A DNA stretch of 64,000 bases from Candidatus Latescibacterota bacterium (GCA_965203355.1 OZ241889.1:3392001-3456000), one strand, 5' to 3'; positions 10,933 through 21,046 are shown, numbered from the stretch's first letter. Notes: a model not told the origin generated them from the sequence alone. Made by a program: numbers and translations.

Positions 10933-11965
10933 ACGACCTCACATGAAGATCAGACCTATCGCCCTAGCTGCGATGATTTTGGCGCTGGTCGCGAGCAACG
11001 GGTGTGGACCGCAGGCCGCTGAATCCCCCGAAACCGATTCCGCGCCGTCGGGTGAGGAGGAGATCCGGTTGGGGTTTCTGGTGAAAATGCCGGAGGAACT
11101 GTGGTTTCAGAACGAATGGAGATTCGCCCAGCAGTGCGCCGACAAGTACGGATTTGAGCTAATAAAAATTGGCGTCCCAGACGGGGAGAAACTCCTCGCG
11201 GCCATTGACGTCCTCGCGGCCAAGGGAGCCCAGGGCTTTGTCGTTTGTACACCGGACGTTCGGCTGGGGCCAGCCGTGATGGCCAAAGCCGGTAGCCACA
11301 ACATGAAAGTGTTCACGGTGGACGATCAGTTCGTCGGCGCGGATGGCGAGTTTATGGACGTCCCTTACATGGGCATTTCAGCCGAGGAAATCGGGCGCCA
11401 AGTGGGGCGAGAACTCCACAAAGAGTTCGCCAATCGCGGCTGGCCGTTAGAGGAAACGGGGGCGCTTGGGATCGCATTCGACGAACTCGACACCGCACGC
11501 GACCGCATCGAGGGGACGATCGACGCACTGGTCGAGGCGGGCTTCCCGCGGGAGCGCATCTACCTAGGGGCGGAGAAGACCACCGACATTCCAGGGGCTT
11601 TCGATGCGGCCAACATCGTCCTGACCCAGTACCCATCGATCAAACGCTGGTTGGTGTTCTCGATTAATGACGAAGGGGTCCTTGGCGCAGTGCGCGCCCT
11701 AGAAGGGCGCGGGTTTGGCGCGGCCGAGACCATTGGTATTGGCATTGGTGCTGGTACGGGGCTGACCGAATTTGAGAAGGAAGAACCGACGGGGTATTTC
11801 GCCACCTGTATGATTAGCCCCCGCCGTCATGGGTACGAAACGACGGAATTGCTCTACAGATGGGTCAAGGAGGGTATTGCTCCGCCCGCCGACACGCGCA
11901 CTGCTGGCGTCATGGCCTACCGCGATGACTACAAAGAAGTCCAGATAAAGCTGGGGCTTGAGTAG
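10922..11965 (+). CDS. araF: L-arabinose ABC transporter substrate-binding protein
   Basis: GFLVKMPEELWFQNEW, VDDQF, ELDTARDR and DIPGAFDAA match AraF as recalled. Confidence 0.9.
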   Translation: MIAERPHMKIRPIALAAMILALVASNGCGPQAAESPETDSAPSGEEEIRLGFLVKMPEELWFQNEWRFAQQCADKYGFELIKIGVPDGEKLLAAIDVLAAKGAQGFVVCTPDVRLGPAVMAKAGSHNMKVFTVDDQFVGADGEFMDVPYMGISAEEIGRQVGRELHKEFANRGWPLEETGALGIAFDELDTARDRIEGTIDALVEAGFPRERIYLGAEKTTDIPGAFDAANIVLTQYPSIKRWLVFSINDEGVLGAVRALEGRGFGAAETIGIGIGAGTGLTEFEKEEPTGYFATCMISPRRHGYETTELLYRWVKEGIAPPADTRTAGVMAYRDDYKEVQIKLGLE

Positions 11966-13489
11966 ATGCCCGTGCCGGTCCCGGAACCCTCGGCGCCTCC
12001 GGCCGTTGAGTTTCACCGCGTCTCGAAGGCATTTCTAGGAGTTCGCGCCCTGGCGGACGTCTCGTTCGCGGTTTGCCCGGGGGAAGTTCGCGCCCTAATC
12101 GGCGAGAACGGGGCGGGAAAGTCCACGCTGCTGAAGATCTTGAGCGGGGTCTATCGGCCCGATGCCGGAAGCGTGGTTCTGGATGGGCGCGCCCGCGTTT
12201 TTCATTCGACGGCGGAAGCCTTGGACGCCGGCGTTGCCGTCATCCATCAGGAACTCCAACTCGTCCCCGAAATGGCTGTGGCCGAAAACCTCTACCTCGG
12301 CCATCTCCCCGCAAGACTCGGGGTCGTGGATCGCCGGCGTCTGCGCGAAGCCGCGCACCGCACCCTAGAACGTTTGGGTGAGGCCATTGACCCGGCCGTC
12401 AAAGTCGGTAGCCTGCCCATCGCGCAACGGCAGATGGTCGAGATCGCCAAAGCCCTGACTCGCGGTGCGCGGGTGTTGGCTTTGGACGAACCCACTAGCA
12501 GCCTTTCCGCCCGAGAAGTGGAACGCCTCTTTGCGACCGTGGCCGAACTCAAGCGCAATGGCTGTGCCGTACTCTACGTCAGCCACCGCATGGACGAACT
12601 GTTCCGCGTGTGCGATTCCGCGACAGTCCTCCGCGACGGTCGCCATGTTGAGACGTTTCACTCTTTGGCAGGAGTATCCCACGACCTGCTAGTCAACCGC
12701 ATGGTCGGCCGCGATATTGCCGATGTCTTCGACTATCGATCTAGTATGCAGCAAGAGACTGCGCTGGAAGTTGTGGGGGTAGAGGGGCCGGGGCTTTCGC
12801 GGCCGGCCTCTTTCGCTGTCGCGAAAGGCGAGATCGTCGGCCTATTTGGGTTGATCGGTGCGGGCCGCAGCGAGTTGCTGCGCTTGGTGTTTGGCGCGGA
12901 ACCCATGCGGGCTGGCGTGGTAAAAGTTTGCGAGCGGCAAATCCCGAGCTCTTCCCCGCACGACTCGATCCGCTCGGGCGTGGCTTTTTGCCCAGAAGAC
13001 CGCAAAAAGGACGGCATCGTGCCCACAGCGTCCGTGCTTGAGAACCTGAACCTCGTCGCCCGGGGTCGCATGGCCCGGCTCGGCTTTGTCGTCAACCATG
13101 TTTGGGAGAGACGCAACGCCCATGATCAGATTAAGCGACTTGGGATCCGCACCCCGTCGGTGGCGCAGAAGATCGTCAACTTGTCTGGCGGAAATCAGCA
13201 AAAAACCATTCTCGCACGGTGGCTGTCTGAGGACGTCAAGGTGCTGCTGCTGGACGAGCCTACGCGCGGTGTGGATGTCGGTGCCAAGAGCGAGATCTAC
13301 GCCATTATCCGCGATCTGGCTGAGCGCGGGGTGGGGGTGGTGTTGGCATCCAGCGATCTCCCGGAAGCCCTCGGCGTGGCGGATCGTTTGCTGGTGATGC
13401 GCGAAGGTGCCATCGTAGCCGCCATGGCCCGCGGCCAAGCCGATGAGGCAGCGGTCCTGCGGTTGGCACTGCCGGTGTCTCCTTCTTAA
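11966..13489 (+). CDS. araG: L-arabinose ABC transporter ATP-binding protein
   Basis: GENGAGKST, tandem ABC domains, LSGGNQQK, CPEDRK; lies between araF and araH. Confidence 0.9.
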   Translation: MPVPVPEPSAPPAVEFHRVSKAFLGVRALADVSFAVCPGEVRALIGENGAGKSTLLKILSGVYRPDAGSVVLDGRARVFHSTAEALDAGVAVIHQELQLVPEMAVAENLYLGHLPARLGVVDRRRLREAAHRTLERLGEAIDPAVKVGSLPIAQRQMVEIAKALTRGARVLALDEPTSSLSAREVERLFATVAELKRNGCAVLYVSHRMDELFRVCDSATVLRDGRHVETFHSLAGVSHDLLVNRMVGRDIADVFDYRSSMQQETALEVVGVEGPGLSRPASFAVAKGEIVGLFGLIGAGRSELLRLVFGAEPMRAGVVKVCERQIPSSSPHDSIRSGVAFCPEDRKKDGIVPTASVLENLNLVARGRMARLGFVVNHVWERRNAHDQIKRLGIRTPSVAQKIVNLSGGNQQKTILARWLSEDVKVLLLDEPTRGVDVGAKSEIYAIIRDLAERGVGVVLASSDLPEALGVADRLLVMREGAIVAAMARGQADEAAVLRLALPVSPS

Positions 13490-13513
13490 ACCCGGCTGAC
13501 AGAGGAAAGAACG

Positions 13514-14482
13514 ATGACGAAATCTACGAACTCGCCACCAACTTCCCCCGGCGCCATGGCCCTTCTCTGGGAGAGCACAGGCATGCTGGTGGTTTTCGCT
13601 GTGCTGTTTGTAGCATGCTCGCTGTTTGTCGAGGACTTTTTCTCGTGGGTGAACGTGAAGGGTTTGGCGTTGGCGGTGTCGCAAATCGGCATGGTTGGAT
13701 GCACGATGCTGTTCTGTTTGGCGTCGGGGGATTTCGATTTGTCAGTCGGCTCGGTCGTGGCTTGCGCGGGAGTCGTGGCGGCGGTTGTGACCAACGCGAT
13801 GGACAGTGTCCTGTTGGGCATGTTGGCAGGCGTGTTGATCGGTGGCACCGTCGGGCTTTGCAACGGCGTTGTGATCGCGCGATTTCGCATCAACGCGTTG
13901 ATCGCGACGCTGGCGACGATGCAGATCGTACGCGGTTTGGGCTTCATCATCTCAGGGGGCCGGGCTGTCGGTGTGGCCGATTCGGGATTCTTCGCCTTGG
14001 GTGCGTCGTCGTTGCTGGGCGTCCCGACGCCGGTCTGGATTGCGTTGGTATGCTTCGTGGTATTTGGGTTTTTGCTCCAGCGGACCACCTTTGGCCGCAA
14101 TACTTTGGCCATTGGCGGCAACAAAGAGGCCGCCCGGCTCTCTGGTATCCCGGTGGCGCGGCTCAAGACGATCATCTTCAGTGTACAGGGTCTGATGGCT
14201 GGGTTCGCGGGGGTGGTCTTGGCCTCGCGCATGACCAGCGGCCAGCCGAAGCCGCCTGAGATGTTCGAACTCCAAGTCATCTCGGCCTGCGTTTTGGGTG
14301 GGGTGTCCTTGACTGGCGGCGTGGGATCAATCGGCTGCGTCATAGCCGGCGTCCTCATCATGGGCGTGGTTGAGAACGCGCTGAATCTGCTCAACGTCCC
14401 GACCTTCTATCAGAACGTGGTTCGGGGTTTCATCCTATTGGTCGCCGTGATGCTCGATCAACTCAAAAATCGCGCCCGCTGA
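13514..14482 (+). CDS. araH: L-arabinose ABC transporter permease
   Basis: LFCLASGDFDLSVGS, LASRMTSGQP, ISACVLGGVSL. Confidence 0.9.
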   Translation: MTKSTNSPPTSPGAMALLWESTGMLVVFAVLFVACSLFVEDFFSWVNVKGLALAVSQIGMVGCTMLFCLASGDFDLSVGSVVACAGVVAAVVTNAMDSVLLGMLAGVLIGGTVGLCNGVVIARFRINALIATLATMQIVRGLGFIISGGRAVGVADSGFFALGASSLLGVPTPVWIALVCFVVFGFLLQRTTFGRNTLAIGGNKEAARLSGIPVARLKTIIFSVQGLMAGFAGVVLASRMTSGQPKPPEMFELQVISACVLGGVSLTGGVGSIGCVIAGVLIMGVVENALNLLNVPTFYQNVVRGFILLVAVMLDQLKNRAR

Positions 14483-14574
14483 CGAGTTTGACCGCTCGGC
14501 GCGTTCCAACTTTCTTTTTGGCCTTCCTCAGCGACAACCCTGTATCCTCGCTAGATAACGACAAGGAGCGCGAA

Positions 14575-15726
14575 ATGGACAAGGTGAGAATTGGCATCAT
14601 CGGTCTCGGCGGCATGGGCAACAGCCACGCCAGCTATCTCTCGCAAGGCCAGATCAACGGGGCGGAACTCGCGGCTGTCGCCGATGTTGATCCGGCCCGG
14701 CTCGCGGATGTGCAAGACAAATACGGCGCGGGTGTGCAAGCGTTTGCCGGGGCGGATGCGCTGTTTGCCGCCCAATGCGTGGACGCGGTGATCGTCGCCA
14801 CCCCCCACTACTTCCATCCCCCGCTGGTGATCCAAGCGCTCGAAAACGGCCTACACGCGATGAGCGAAAAGCCGGCTGGAGTCTATACGCGCCAAGTCCG
14901 GGCGATGAACGAGGCCGCCGCCCAAAGCGACCGGGTCTTTGGCATGATGTTCAACCAGCGTGCGCGCGGCGAGCATCAAAAGCTAAAGTCGCTGGTTGCA
15001 TCCGGCGAACTGGGGCCGATTCGGCGCACCATCTACATCATCAACAACTGGTTCCGCGCCCAGAGCTACTACGATTCAGGCGGCTGGCGGGCGACTTGGG
15101 CAGGTGAGGGCGGCGGCGTGTTGGCCAACCAATGTCCGCACAACCTCGACCTATGGCAGTGGATTTGCGGGATGCCGCAGCGGGTGCGGGCCTTTTGTCG
15201 CTTTGGACAATACCACGAGATTGAGGTTGAAGACGACGTAACGGCCTATGTCGAATACGAGAATGGTGCTACGGGTGTTTTTATCACTTCGACGGGCGAG
15301 GCTCCGGGGACGAATCGGCTGGAGATTTCGGCGGACCGCGGCAAGGTGGTGTTGGAGGACGGCAAAATCACCTTTTGGCGCACGACCGAGTCGGCGCGCA
15401 AGTTCCTCGTGGAGTGGCCGCATGGGTTTGGCAGCCCAGAGGTCTGGAAGTGCGAGGTCCCGGGCGGCGGCGGCGAGGAGCACAAGGGGATTACCCAGAA
15501 CTGGGTGCAAGCCATCCGCACGGGGTCGCCGCTGTTGGCGGCGGGGACTGAGGGGATCAACGGCGTGGAGTTGGCTAATGCGATGTTGCTTTCGACGTGG
15601 ACGGACGATTGGGTGCCTATTCCGGTGGATGAGGATTTGTACTACGAGGAATTGCAAAAGCGGGTGGCTACCTCCGCGGCGAAGCAGGAAGGCGGCAGGG
15701 TGATGGAGGTGCAGGGGACGTTTTAA
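14575..15726 (+). CDS. Gfo/Idh/MocA family oxidoreductase
   Basis: RIGIIGLGGMG Rossmann motif, EKP, GGGVLANQCPHNLD; AAGGAG RBS before ATG 14575. Confidence 0.9.
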   Translation: MDKVRIGIIGLGGMGNSHASYLSQGQINGAELAAVADVDPARLADVQDKYGAGVQAFAGADALFAAQCVDAVIVATPHYFHPPLVIQALENGLHAMSEKPAGVYTRQVRAMNEAAAQSDRVFGMMFNQRARGEHQKLKSLVASGELGPIRRTIYIINNWFRAQSYYDSGGWRATWAGEGGGVLANQCPHNLDLWQWICGMPQRVRAFCRFGQYHEIEVEDDVTAYVEYENGATGVFITSTGEAPGTNRLEISADRGKVVLEDGKITFWRTTESARKFLVEWPHGFGSPEVWKCEVPGGGGEEHKGITQNWVQAIRTGSPLLAAGTEGINGVELANAMLLSTWTDDWVPIPVDEDLYYEELQKRVATSAAKQEGGRVMEVQGTF

Positions 15727-15855
15727 TAGTGGCCACTGATTAGCGTGGAGAGCAAAGATAGTACAATATAATCGGGGGACATTGCGTCCCATTAACCAAG
15801 GTCGCCTATGCACAGGCGATTCGCACCTAAAAGCAAGCCTAAAGGAGGTGCTTTT

Positions 15856-16752
15856 ATGCGACTCATCCGTACGTTTTGCCTCATGCTGGCCCTAGCGCTG
15901 GCTGGCACGGCCCATGCTCACATCGGCGAAAAGGTCTTTCTGATCTTCGAGATTCCAGACGCCGACTTGGGCAGTATCGACCTCTTTGATGGGGACATCT
16001 CCGACTGGGAGGATGTGGTCGGCGATGCTTCGCTCGCGCCGCCGGACTTTTTTGCCGATCCAACCGTTGGCGACGGGGCGCAGTACAATCCGGCCGATCT
16101 GGACTACCGGATCTGGCTAGGTTGGAACGACACCAACAATCGGCTCTATTTAGCGGCCGAGCGCATTGATGACGTTTACATCAACGAGTACGCTGGCGGC
16201 GCGCCCGCTTCGGTGTGGCAGTACGACTCGGTCGAGTTTATGGTAGATGGAGACCACTCGGGCGGCCAGTACAATTTCAACAACGACGAGACCATGACCG
16301 ACGAGGAGAAGGCACTCAATCAGAACCGCCAAGCCCAGAAGTGGAACGCGATTTTCGACGTGCCCGATGGACGATTTTTGGGCTATCCCGGCCGGGCTAG
16401 TTGGCTCAGCTCGCCCCCCTTGAGCGACGGCGGCGGTAGGTCTGTCGGCGGCGGGCCAACCGTGTCGGTGCTCGAAATCTACGTCACGCCCTATGACGAT
16501 ATCGTCTTCAGCGACCAAGCGGCCAGCGTGGCTACAGACCTAGAGGCCGGTAACATCATTGGCTTCCAGATCGCCATGCCGGACTTCGATACCGCGCCTC
16601 AGGAATACCGGGCCTATCACACCCTCTCCGGCCAAGCGGCGACCTTCCGCTTTGCCGAGCGTTTCGTCGATGGCCAGCTAGTCGGTGCCGACGACGCGAC
16701 GGCGGTGGCCGATCGGTCGTGGGCGCGGATCAAGGCGAGTTTTAGCGAGTAG
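15856..16752 (+). CDS. Secreted CBM9/DOMON-like sugar-binding protein with C-terminal SWARIK motif
   Basis: AAGGAGG RBS, signal peptide, DG.ISDW, WQYDSVEFMVDGD, ends ATAVADRSWARIKASFSE. Confidence 0.65.
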   Translation: MRLIRTFCLMLALALAGTAHAHIGEKVFLIFEIPDADLGSIDLFDGDISDWEDVVGDASLAPPDFFADPTVGDGAQYNPADLDYRIWLGWNDTNNRLYLAAERIDDVYINEYAGGAPASVWQYDSVEFMVDGDHSGGQYNFNNDETMTDEEKALNQNRQAQKWNAIFDVPDGRFLGYPGRASWLSSPPLSDGGGRSVGGGPTVSVLEIYVTPYDDIVFSDQAASVATDLEAGNIIGFQIAMPDFDTAPQEYRAYHTLSGQAATFRFAERFVDGQLVGADDATAVADRSWARIKASFSE

Positions 16753-16765
16753 GTTTTCAGCGTTA

Positions 16766-16810
16766 CCCCCTGCGAGAGAGGGAGTACTTCTCTCACAGGG
16801 GGTGTATTTT
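16766..16810 (+). terminator. Probable intrinsic terminator
   Basis: CCCCTG.GAGAG...CTCTC.CAGGGG hairpin followed by a T-rich stretch just after the stop codon. Confidence 0.5.
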
Positions 16811-16832
16811 TGGGTAGGTACTCGAAACCAGC

Positions 16833-19130
16833 TTGAAAACAACAACACCTAACAAAGCCATCGGCTGGACGGTCGTCGTGCTTTGGCTGCTTTGCGGCTC
16901 GGCGACAGCGCAAGCGACGACGCGCATTGAAGTGCCCATTTTTGAGGGCGGCGCGGGACTCGATTTTTTCTTTTTCGCAGCCCGCGAATACGAAAAGGTC
17001 CGTCCCGAAGTACAGGTCGATCTATACGGCGACCCGCGCATCGCCGACAAGGTGCGAGTGCGGATTCTCGAAGGGACGTTCCCGGAAGTTAGCAACGCGG
17101 GTCTCAATTATTGGGCGCTGATCCGCAATGGCGAAATCCTACCCCTCGACGAGTTTTTGGACGGCCCGAGCTGGGACGGGGACCGGACGTGGCGCGCATC
17201 CTTCCTGCCCGGCAGTCTCGACCGCTATGCGTATCAAGGCAAGATATACGGCCTCCCGTTCCTCTACTCGGTTTACGCCGTTTGGTACAACAAGAACATG
17301 TTTGAAGAACACGGCTGGGAACCGCCGCGCACTTGGGACGAGTTTTTCGCGCTCTGCGAGCAAATTCGCGCCGCCGGGGTCTGGCCGCTGGCCTTTCAGG
17401 GGCGTTATCCAAGCTACATCGGCGGCGTGACCGACAACGCCTATTATCACTTGGCCGGCCGCGCGCGGTTCTACGAGCAGAAGGAGCTCGTGCCGGGCAG
17501 TTTTGCCAACCCGGAATACGCGACCGCACTCGGGCTTATTCAGCGCACGGCGCAGGCGTACTTCCAGCCCGGCGCGCTCGGCATGAGCCACACCGAGGCG
17601 CAGCTTGAGTTTTTCTTGGGGCACACTGCGATGGTCTTTTGCGGCTCTTGGCTCAAAAGCGAGATGATGGGCAAAATCCCCGATGGCTTTCGCTTGGGAG
17701 CGTTTAATCTGCCCGTGGTCGAGGGTGGGGTTGGCGAACCCGGTGCCATATATACGGGTGCCGGGTATTACTTTGTCTTCAAAAACAGCGCCCAGCCCGA
17801 GTTGGGCGTGGATTTTTTGCGCTTTATGACCTCGCGGGAGATGGCCGGCACCTTTGCCGAGATGCGCGATATTTTGGTGGCTGTCGATGGGGCGATGGCC
17901 GGGCGGACCAGCGCAGACTTGCAGGACTTAGTGGCGCTGGCGCAGCAGGCTTCTACGGCCTATGGCAGTGCCCCGGGCGAGGGTTTCCCGGAGATGGACC
18001 AGTTCCTCAATGATGTGCGCTTCAAGATCGTCAATGGGCAGATGACGCCCGAGGAAGGGGCCAAAGCGCTGGAGTCGGCGGCTGAAGCGGTGCGCAACCG
18101 CAGCCAACATCCGGATCGGATTACCATCCGCCACCTGTGGAAGCCCGCACTGCTGTTGGGCCTGTTGGCGCTGGCGATGGGCTATTGGTTTTACACGACG
18201 GCGCGGCAATGGCGCACGCGACAGATCGGCCAAGCTCCTCGACCTACTAGCACGGTGCGCCTGCCTTGGACCGGGGTGGTGTTTTTCGTCGGTCCGGCGG
18301 CGGCGTTCTACACGCTCTTCGTGGTGGTGCCCAGCATCAAGGCTTTCGTCTGGAGCGCGATGCGCTGGGATGGGCTGACCGAGATGGCCTTCGTCGGGCT
18401 GTTGCACTTCCAGCGGCTGCTGTTTGAGAGCGATGAGTTCTGGATCGCGCTGTCGAACAATCTCTTCATCATGTTCGTCATCCCGCTCTGCGTATTGCCG
18501 TTGTCGCTTTTTTTGGCCGTGTGCATCAGCCGCGAGGTCGTAGGGGCTAAGCTCTTCCGCATCGTCTTTTTCTTTCCCAACATACTCGGCGGAGTCGCGG
18601 CGACTTTGCTATGGATGCACTTGTACAATCCACAGGGCGGACCGATCAACACGGTGTTGGTCGCATTGGGATTGGAGGGGTTTGCGGGGTTTGCGTGGCT
18701 GGCACAGGACAATCTTTACTGGGCGCTGATTCCCATGTCGATTTGGGGCGCGGCTGGGTTCAACATGGTGCTGTTTTTGGCGGCGATGGAGAGCATTCCG
18801 CAGAGCATGTACGAGGCGGCTGACATCGACGGGGCCTCGGCTTGGCGGCAGTTTTGGTCGATTACTATACCGCTGATTTGGGAGGTCTTGTCGATAGCGA
18901 TCGTTTTTATGATCATCGGCGGCATGAAGGCGTTTGAGGTGATTTGGCTGCTGACCAATCAGCGGCCGACGACCGACAATCACGTGATTGGTACGCGGAT
19001 GGTGCAGGCGATGTTCACCGAGTTTAAGGTCGGGGAGGCTACGGCGATTGCCGTGCTGCTCTTCTTGATCGTCTTCTTTGGCACTACCGCGACCTTGCGT
19101 GCCATGAAGCGCGAAGCGGTGGAGTTTTGA
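16833..19130 (+). CDS. Fused sugar ABC substrate-binding protein and MalF-type permease
   Basis: N-terminal family-1 SBP (GKIYGLP..YNKNMFEEHGWEPPRTWDE), C-terminal permease with the EAA loop (YEAADIDGASAWRQF). Confidence 0.85.
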   Translation: MKTTTPNKAIGWTVVVLWLLCGSATAQATTRIEVPIFEGGAGLDFFFFAAREYEKVRPEVQVDLYGDPRIADKVRVRILEGTFPEVSNAGLNYWALIRNGEILPLDEFLDGPSWDGDRTWRASFLPGSLDRYAYQGKIYGLPFLYSVYAVWYNKNMFEEHGWEPPRTWDEFFALCEQIRAAGVWPLAFQGRYPSYIGGVTDNAYYHLAGRARFYEQKELVPGSFANPEYATALGLIQRTAQAYFQPGALGMSHTEAQLEFFLGHTAMVFCGSWLKSEMMGKIPDGFRLGAFNLPVVEGGVGEPGAIYTGAGYYFVFKNSAQPELGVDFLRFMTSREMAGTFAEMRDILVAVDGAMAGRTSADLQDLVALAQQASTAYGSAPGEGFPEMDQFLNDVRFKIVNGQMTPEEGAKALESAAEAVRNRSQHPDRITIRHLWKPALLLGLLALAMGYWFYTTARQWRTRQIGQAPRPTSTVRLPWTGVVFFVGPAAAFYTLFVVVPSIKAFVWSAMRWDGLTEMAFVGLLHFQRLLFESDEFWIALSNNLFIMFVIPLCVLPLSLFLAVCISREVVGAKLFRIVFFFPNILGGVAATLLWMHLYNPQGGPINTVLVALGLEGFAGFAWLAQDNLYWALIPMSIWGAAGFNMVLFLAAMESIPQSMYEAADIDGASAWRQFWSITIPLIWEVLSIAIVFMIIGGMKAFEVIWLLTNQRPTTDNHVIGTRMVQAMFTEFKVGEATAIAVLLFLIVFFGTTATLRAMKREAVEF

Positions 19131-19990
19131 GCATGGCAGAACGAGAAAAGTTTTCCATTGCCAAACCTTTGGTCTATTTAGTGCTATGCGGCTATCTGAC
19201 GGTTGTGGTCTATCCGATGCTGTGGCTTTTGTACACGGCACTAAAGACGGACCGCGAGATTTTCCTCAATCCCTTTAGCCTGCCCGAACTCGGCGATTTG
19301 CAATGGATCAACTTTGTCAACGCTTGGACTAAGGGGCACTTCGGCGACTACTTTTTTAACAGCGTCTTTTTGACCGTCTCGACGGTGGCCGTCTCCATGC
19401 TGCTGGCGGCACTAGCGGCCTATGCGCTGGCGCGTTTTAGCTTCTTTGGCGTGAGGCCGATGTTTTTCTACTTCTTGGCCGGGCTGATGATTCCGTTGCA
19501 ACTGTCGATTGTGCCGCTCTTTTTTCAGATGAAGGACTTTGGCCTGCTCAACTCGCGGCTGGGTATCTTGATGGTCTATGTGGCCTTTGGGATGCCGTTT
19601 GCCATCTTTATCCTCACCGGGTTTTTCAAGTCTTTGCCCTCGGGGTTGCACGAGTCGGCGCTGATTGATGGGGCCGGGGAGTTTCGGGCGTTTTGGTCGA
19701 TTATGCTGCCGTTGGCGCGGCCGGGGCTTATCACGGTGGGCATCTTCGCCTTTTTGGGGACTTGGAACGAGTTTTTCATGGCCTTTATGTTCCTGTCTGG
19801 GGAGGGGTCGCAGGCGTTGCGGACGCTGCCGTTGGGGCTGGCTAATATCACCATTGTCAGTCAGTATCGCAGCGATTGGGGCATGGCCTTTGCCGGATTG
19901 GTGCTGATCATGGCGCCGACGATGCTGGTGTATGCTTTCTTGCAGCAATATCTGACGAAGGGGATTACTGTTGGGGCGCTTAAGGGGTAG
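19127..19990 (+). CDS. Carbohydrate ABC transporter permease (MalG-type)
   Basis: ESALIDGAG EAA motif, WNEFF, ends GITVGALKG. Confidence 0.9.
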   Translation: MSMAEREKFSIAKPLVYLVLCGYLTVVVYPMLWLLYTALKTDREIFLNPFSLPELGDLQWINFVNAWTKGHFGDYFFNSVFLTVSTVAVSMLLAALAAYALARFSFFGVRPMFFYFLAGLMIPLQLSIVPLFFQMKDFGLLNSRLGILMVYVAFGMPFAIFILTGFFKSLPSGLHESALIDGAGEFRAFWSIMLPLARPGLITVGIFAFLGTWNEFFMAFMFLSGEGSQALRTLPLGLANITIVSQYRSDWGMAFAGLVLIMAPTMLVYAFLQQYLTKGITVGALKG

Positions 19991-20009
19991 GGGTGCGGAG
20001 TACCGCCGC

Positions 20010-20315
20010 ATGGTCGCTGCGCTTGCGGACGCGGCCGATTCTGCTGCCATCGAACGGGCGTGGGCCGAGGACGCAGCCGGCGAGACGATTCCGGGCGAAG
20101 TCGTAAAGGCCATTCTCGCTGGAGAATCGGCCTTGCGCGTGTGGCGGAAGCACCGCGAATTCACGCTGGACGAGTTGGCTGAGCAAGTGGGCGTCTCAAA
20201 AGGGTATTTGTCGCAGATTGAGAACGGACAGAAGTCCGGGACACTCAGCCTATTTCGCCGACTCGCGGGTGTGCTCAATGTAGCGCTGGACGAGTTAGCA
20301 CACCCAACGAGCTAA
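20010..20315 (+). CDS. XRE-family HTH protein (HigA-like antitoxin), probably 5'-truncated
   Basis: LRVWRKHREFTLDELAEQVGVSKGYLSQIENG HTH; antitoxin-like EYRRMV segment abuts the permease stop with no toxin upstream. Confidence 0.7.
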   Translation: MVAALADAADSAAIERAWAEDAAGETIPGEVVKAILAGESALRVWRKHREFTLDELAEQVGVSKGYLSQIENGQKSGTLSLFRRLAGVLNVALDELAHPTS

Positions 20316-20503
20316 TGGGACCTTAGAGATTCATACTCGCGCAACTGCCCTTCTAAGCCGGCGATCTGACTGCTCAGGGCCTCGCGTTGCGCCTTGACAA
20401 TAAGCGGATGTACTCCGTCGGCCTCGCCGAGGCTCTGCAAGGTCTGTGAGAACCGATTTGCCTGCGCTTTGGTGAGTCGGTATTGCCTTTCGTTTTTGAT
20501 CAT
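20312..20503 (-). pseudogene. N-terminal fragment of a MIKNERQY-type DNA-binding/antitoxin protein
   Basis: MIKNERQYRLTKAQA is typical of the N-terminus of longer HTH proteins; ORF ends at 63 aa with no HTH. Confidence 0.5.
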
Positions 20504-20558
20504 TGGAAGCCTCCCAAGTCTAGGGCAATAATCCCTTTAGATTCGATTCTCCCATAGT

Positions 20559-20885
20559 TCAGTCTCGGCAGACATAGACGGTCTTGCCCTCGCGTAGCGC
20601 GTGAGAAATAAAAGAAAGAGGCGACTGTTGGCCTTTTTCTATTTCGTCCGGGGTGTATACCAGCAAGTCCATGCCGAATGGATACGGGCGTAGCGATTTA
20701 TAGAGGGCGCGGCTGCGTTTGAAGCGCGGTAGGTCGCTTGGGGCGATCACGAGTAAATCGACGTCACTATGCTCGGTAGCCTCGTCTCGGGCATAGGAGC
20801 CGAATAAGATGACCTGCTCGGCGTCTGCTTGGCGACCAATGCGTTCGGCGACGCGCCGTATGTCTTGCTCGCGGATTTTATTCAT
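20559..20885 (-). CDS. Minimal nucleotidyltransferase (MNT antitoxin)
   Basis: ILFGSYAR...SDVDLLVI...DLLVYTPDE motif; no intact HEPN partner downstream. Confidence 0.85.
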   Translation of the reverse strand: MNKIREQDIRRVAERIGRQADAEQVILFGSYARDEATEHSDVDLLVIAPSDLPRFKRSRALYKSLRPYPFGMDLLVYTPDEIEKGQQSPLSFISHALREGKTVYVCRD

Positions 20886-21006
20886 TGGAAGCCTCTCATT
20901 TTTAGAGGATAGGACGGCGACTAGGAGCCGTCAATTTTCTATCTTGCCGGCGTCATCTGTTTGCGAGTAGGTTATGGGTAACTAAGATAAATGTAGGAGC
21001 CAGCCC

Positions 21007-21034
21007 TTGACCTCGCCGGGATCGGCGGTAGAAT
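21007..21034 (+). promoter_or_regulatory. Putative sigma70 promoter
   Basis: TTGACC-N16-TAGAAT just upstream of the esterase ATG. Confidence 0.45.
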
Positions 21035-21046
21035 TGACGTGATTTT

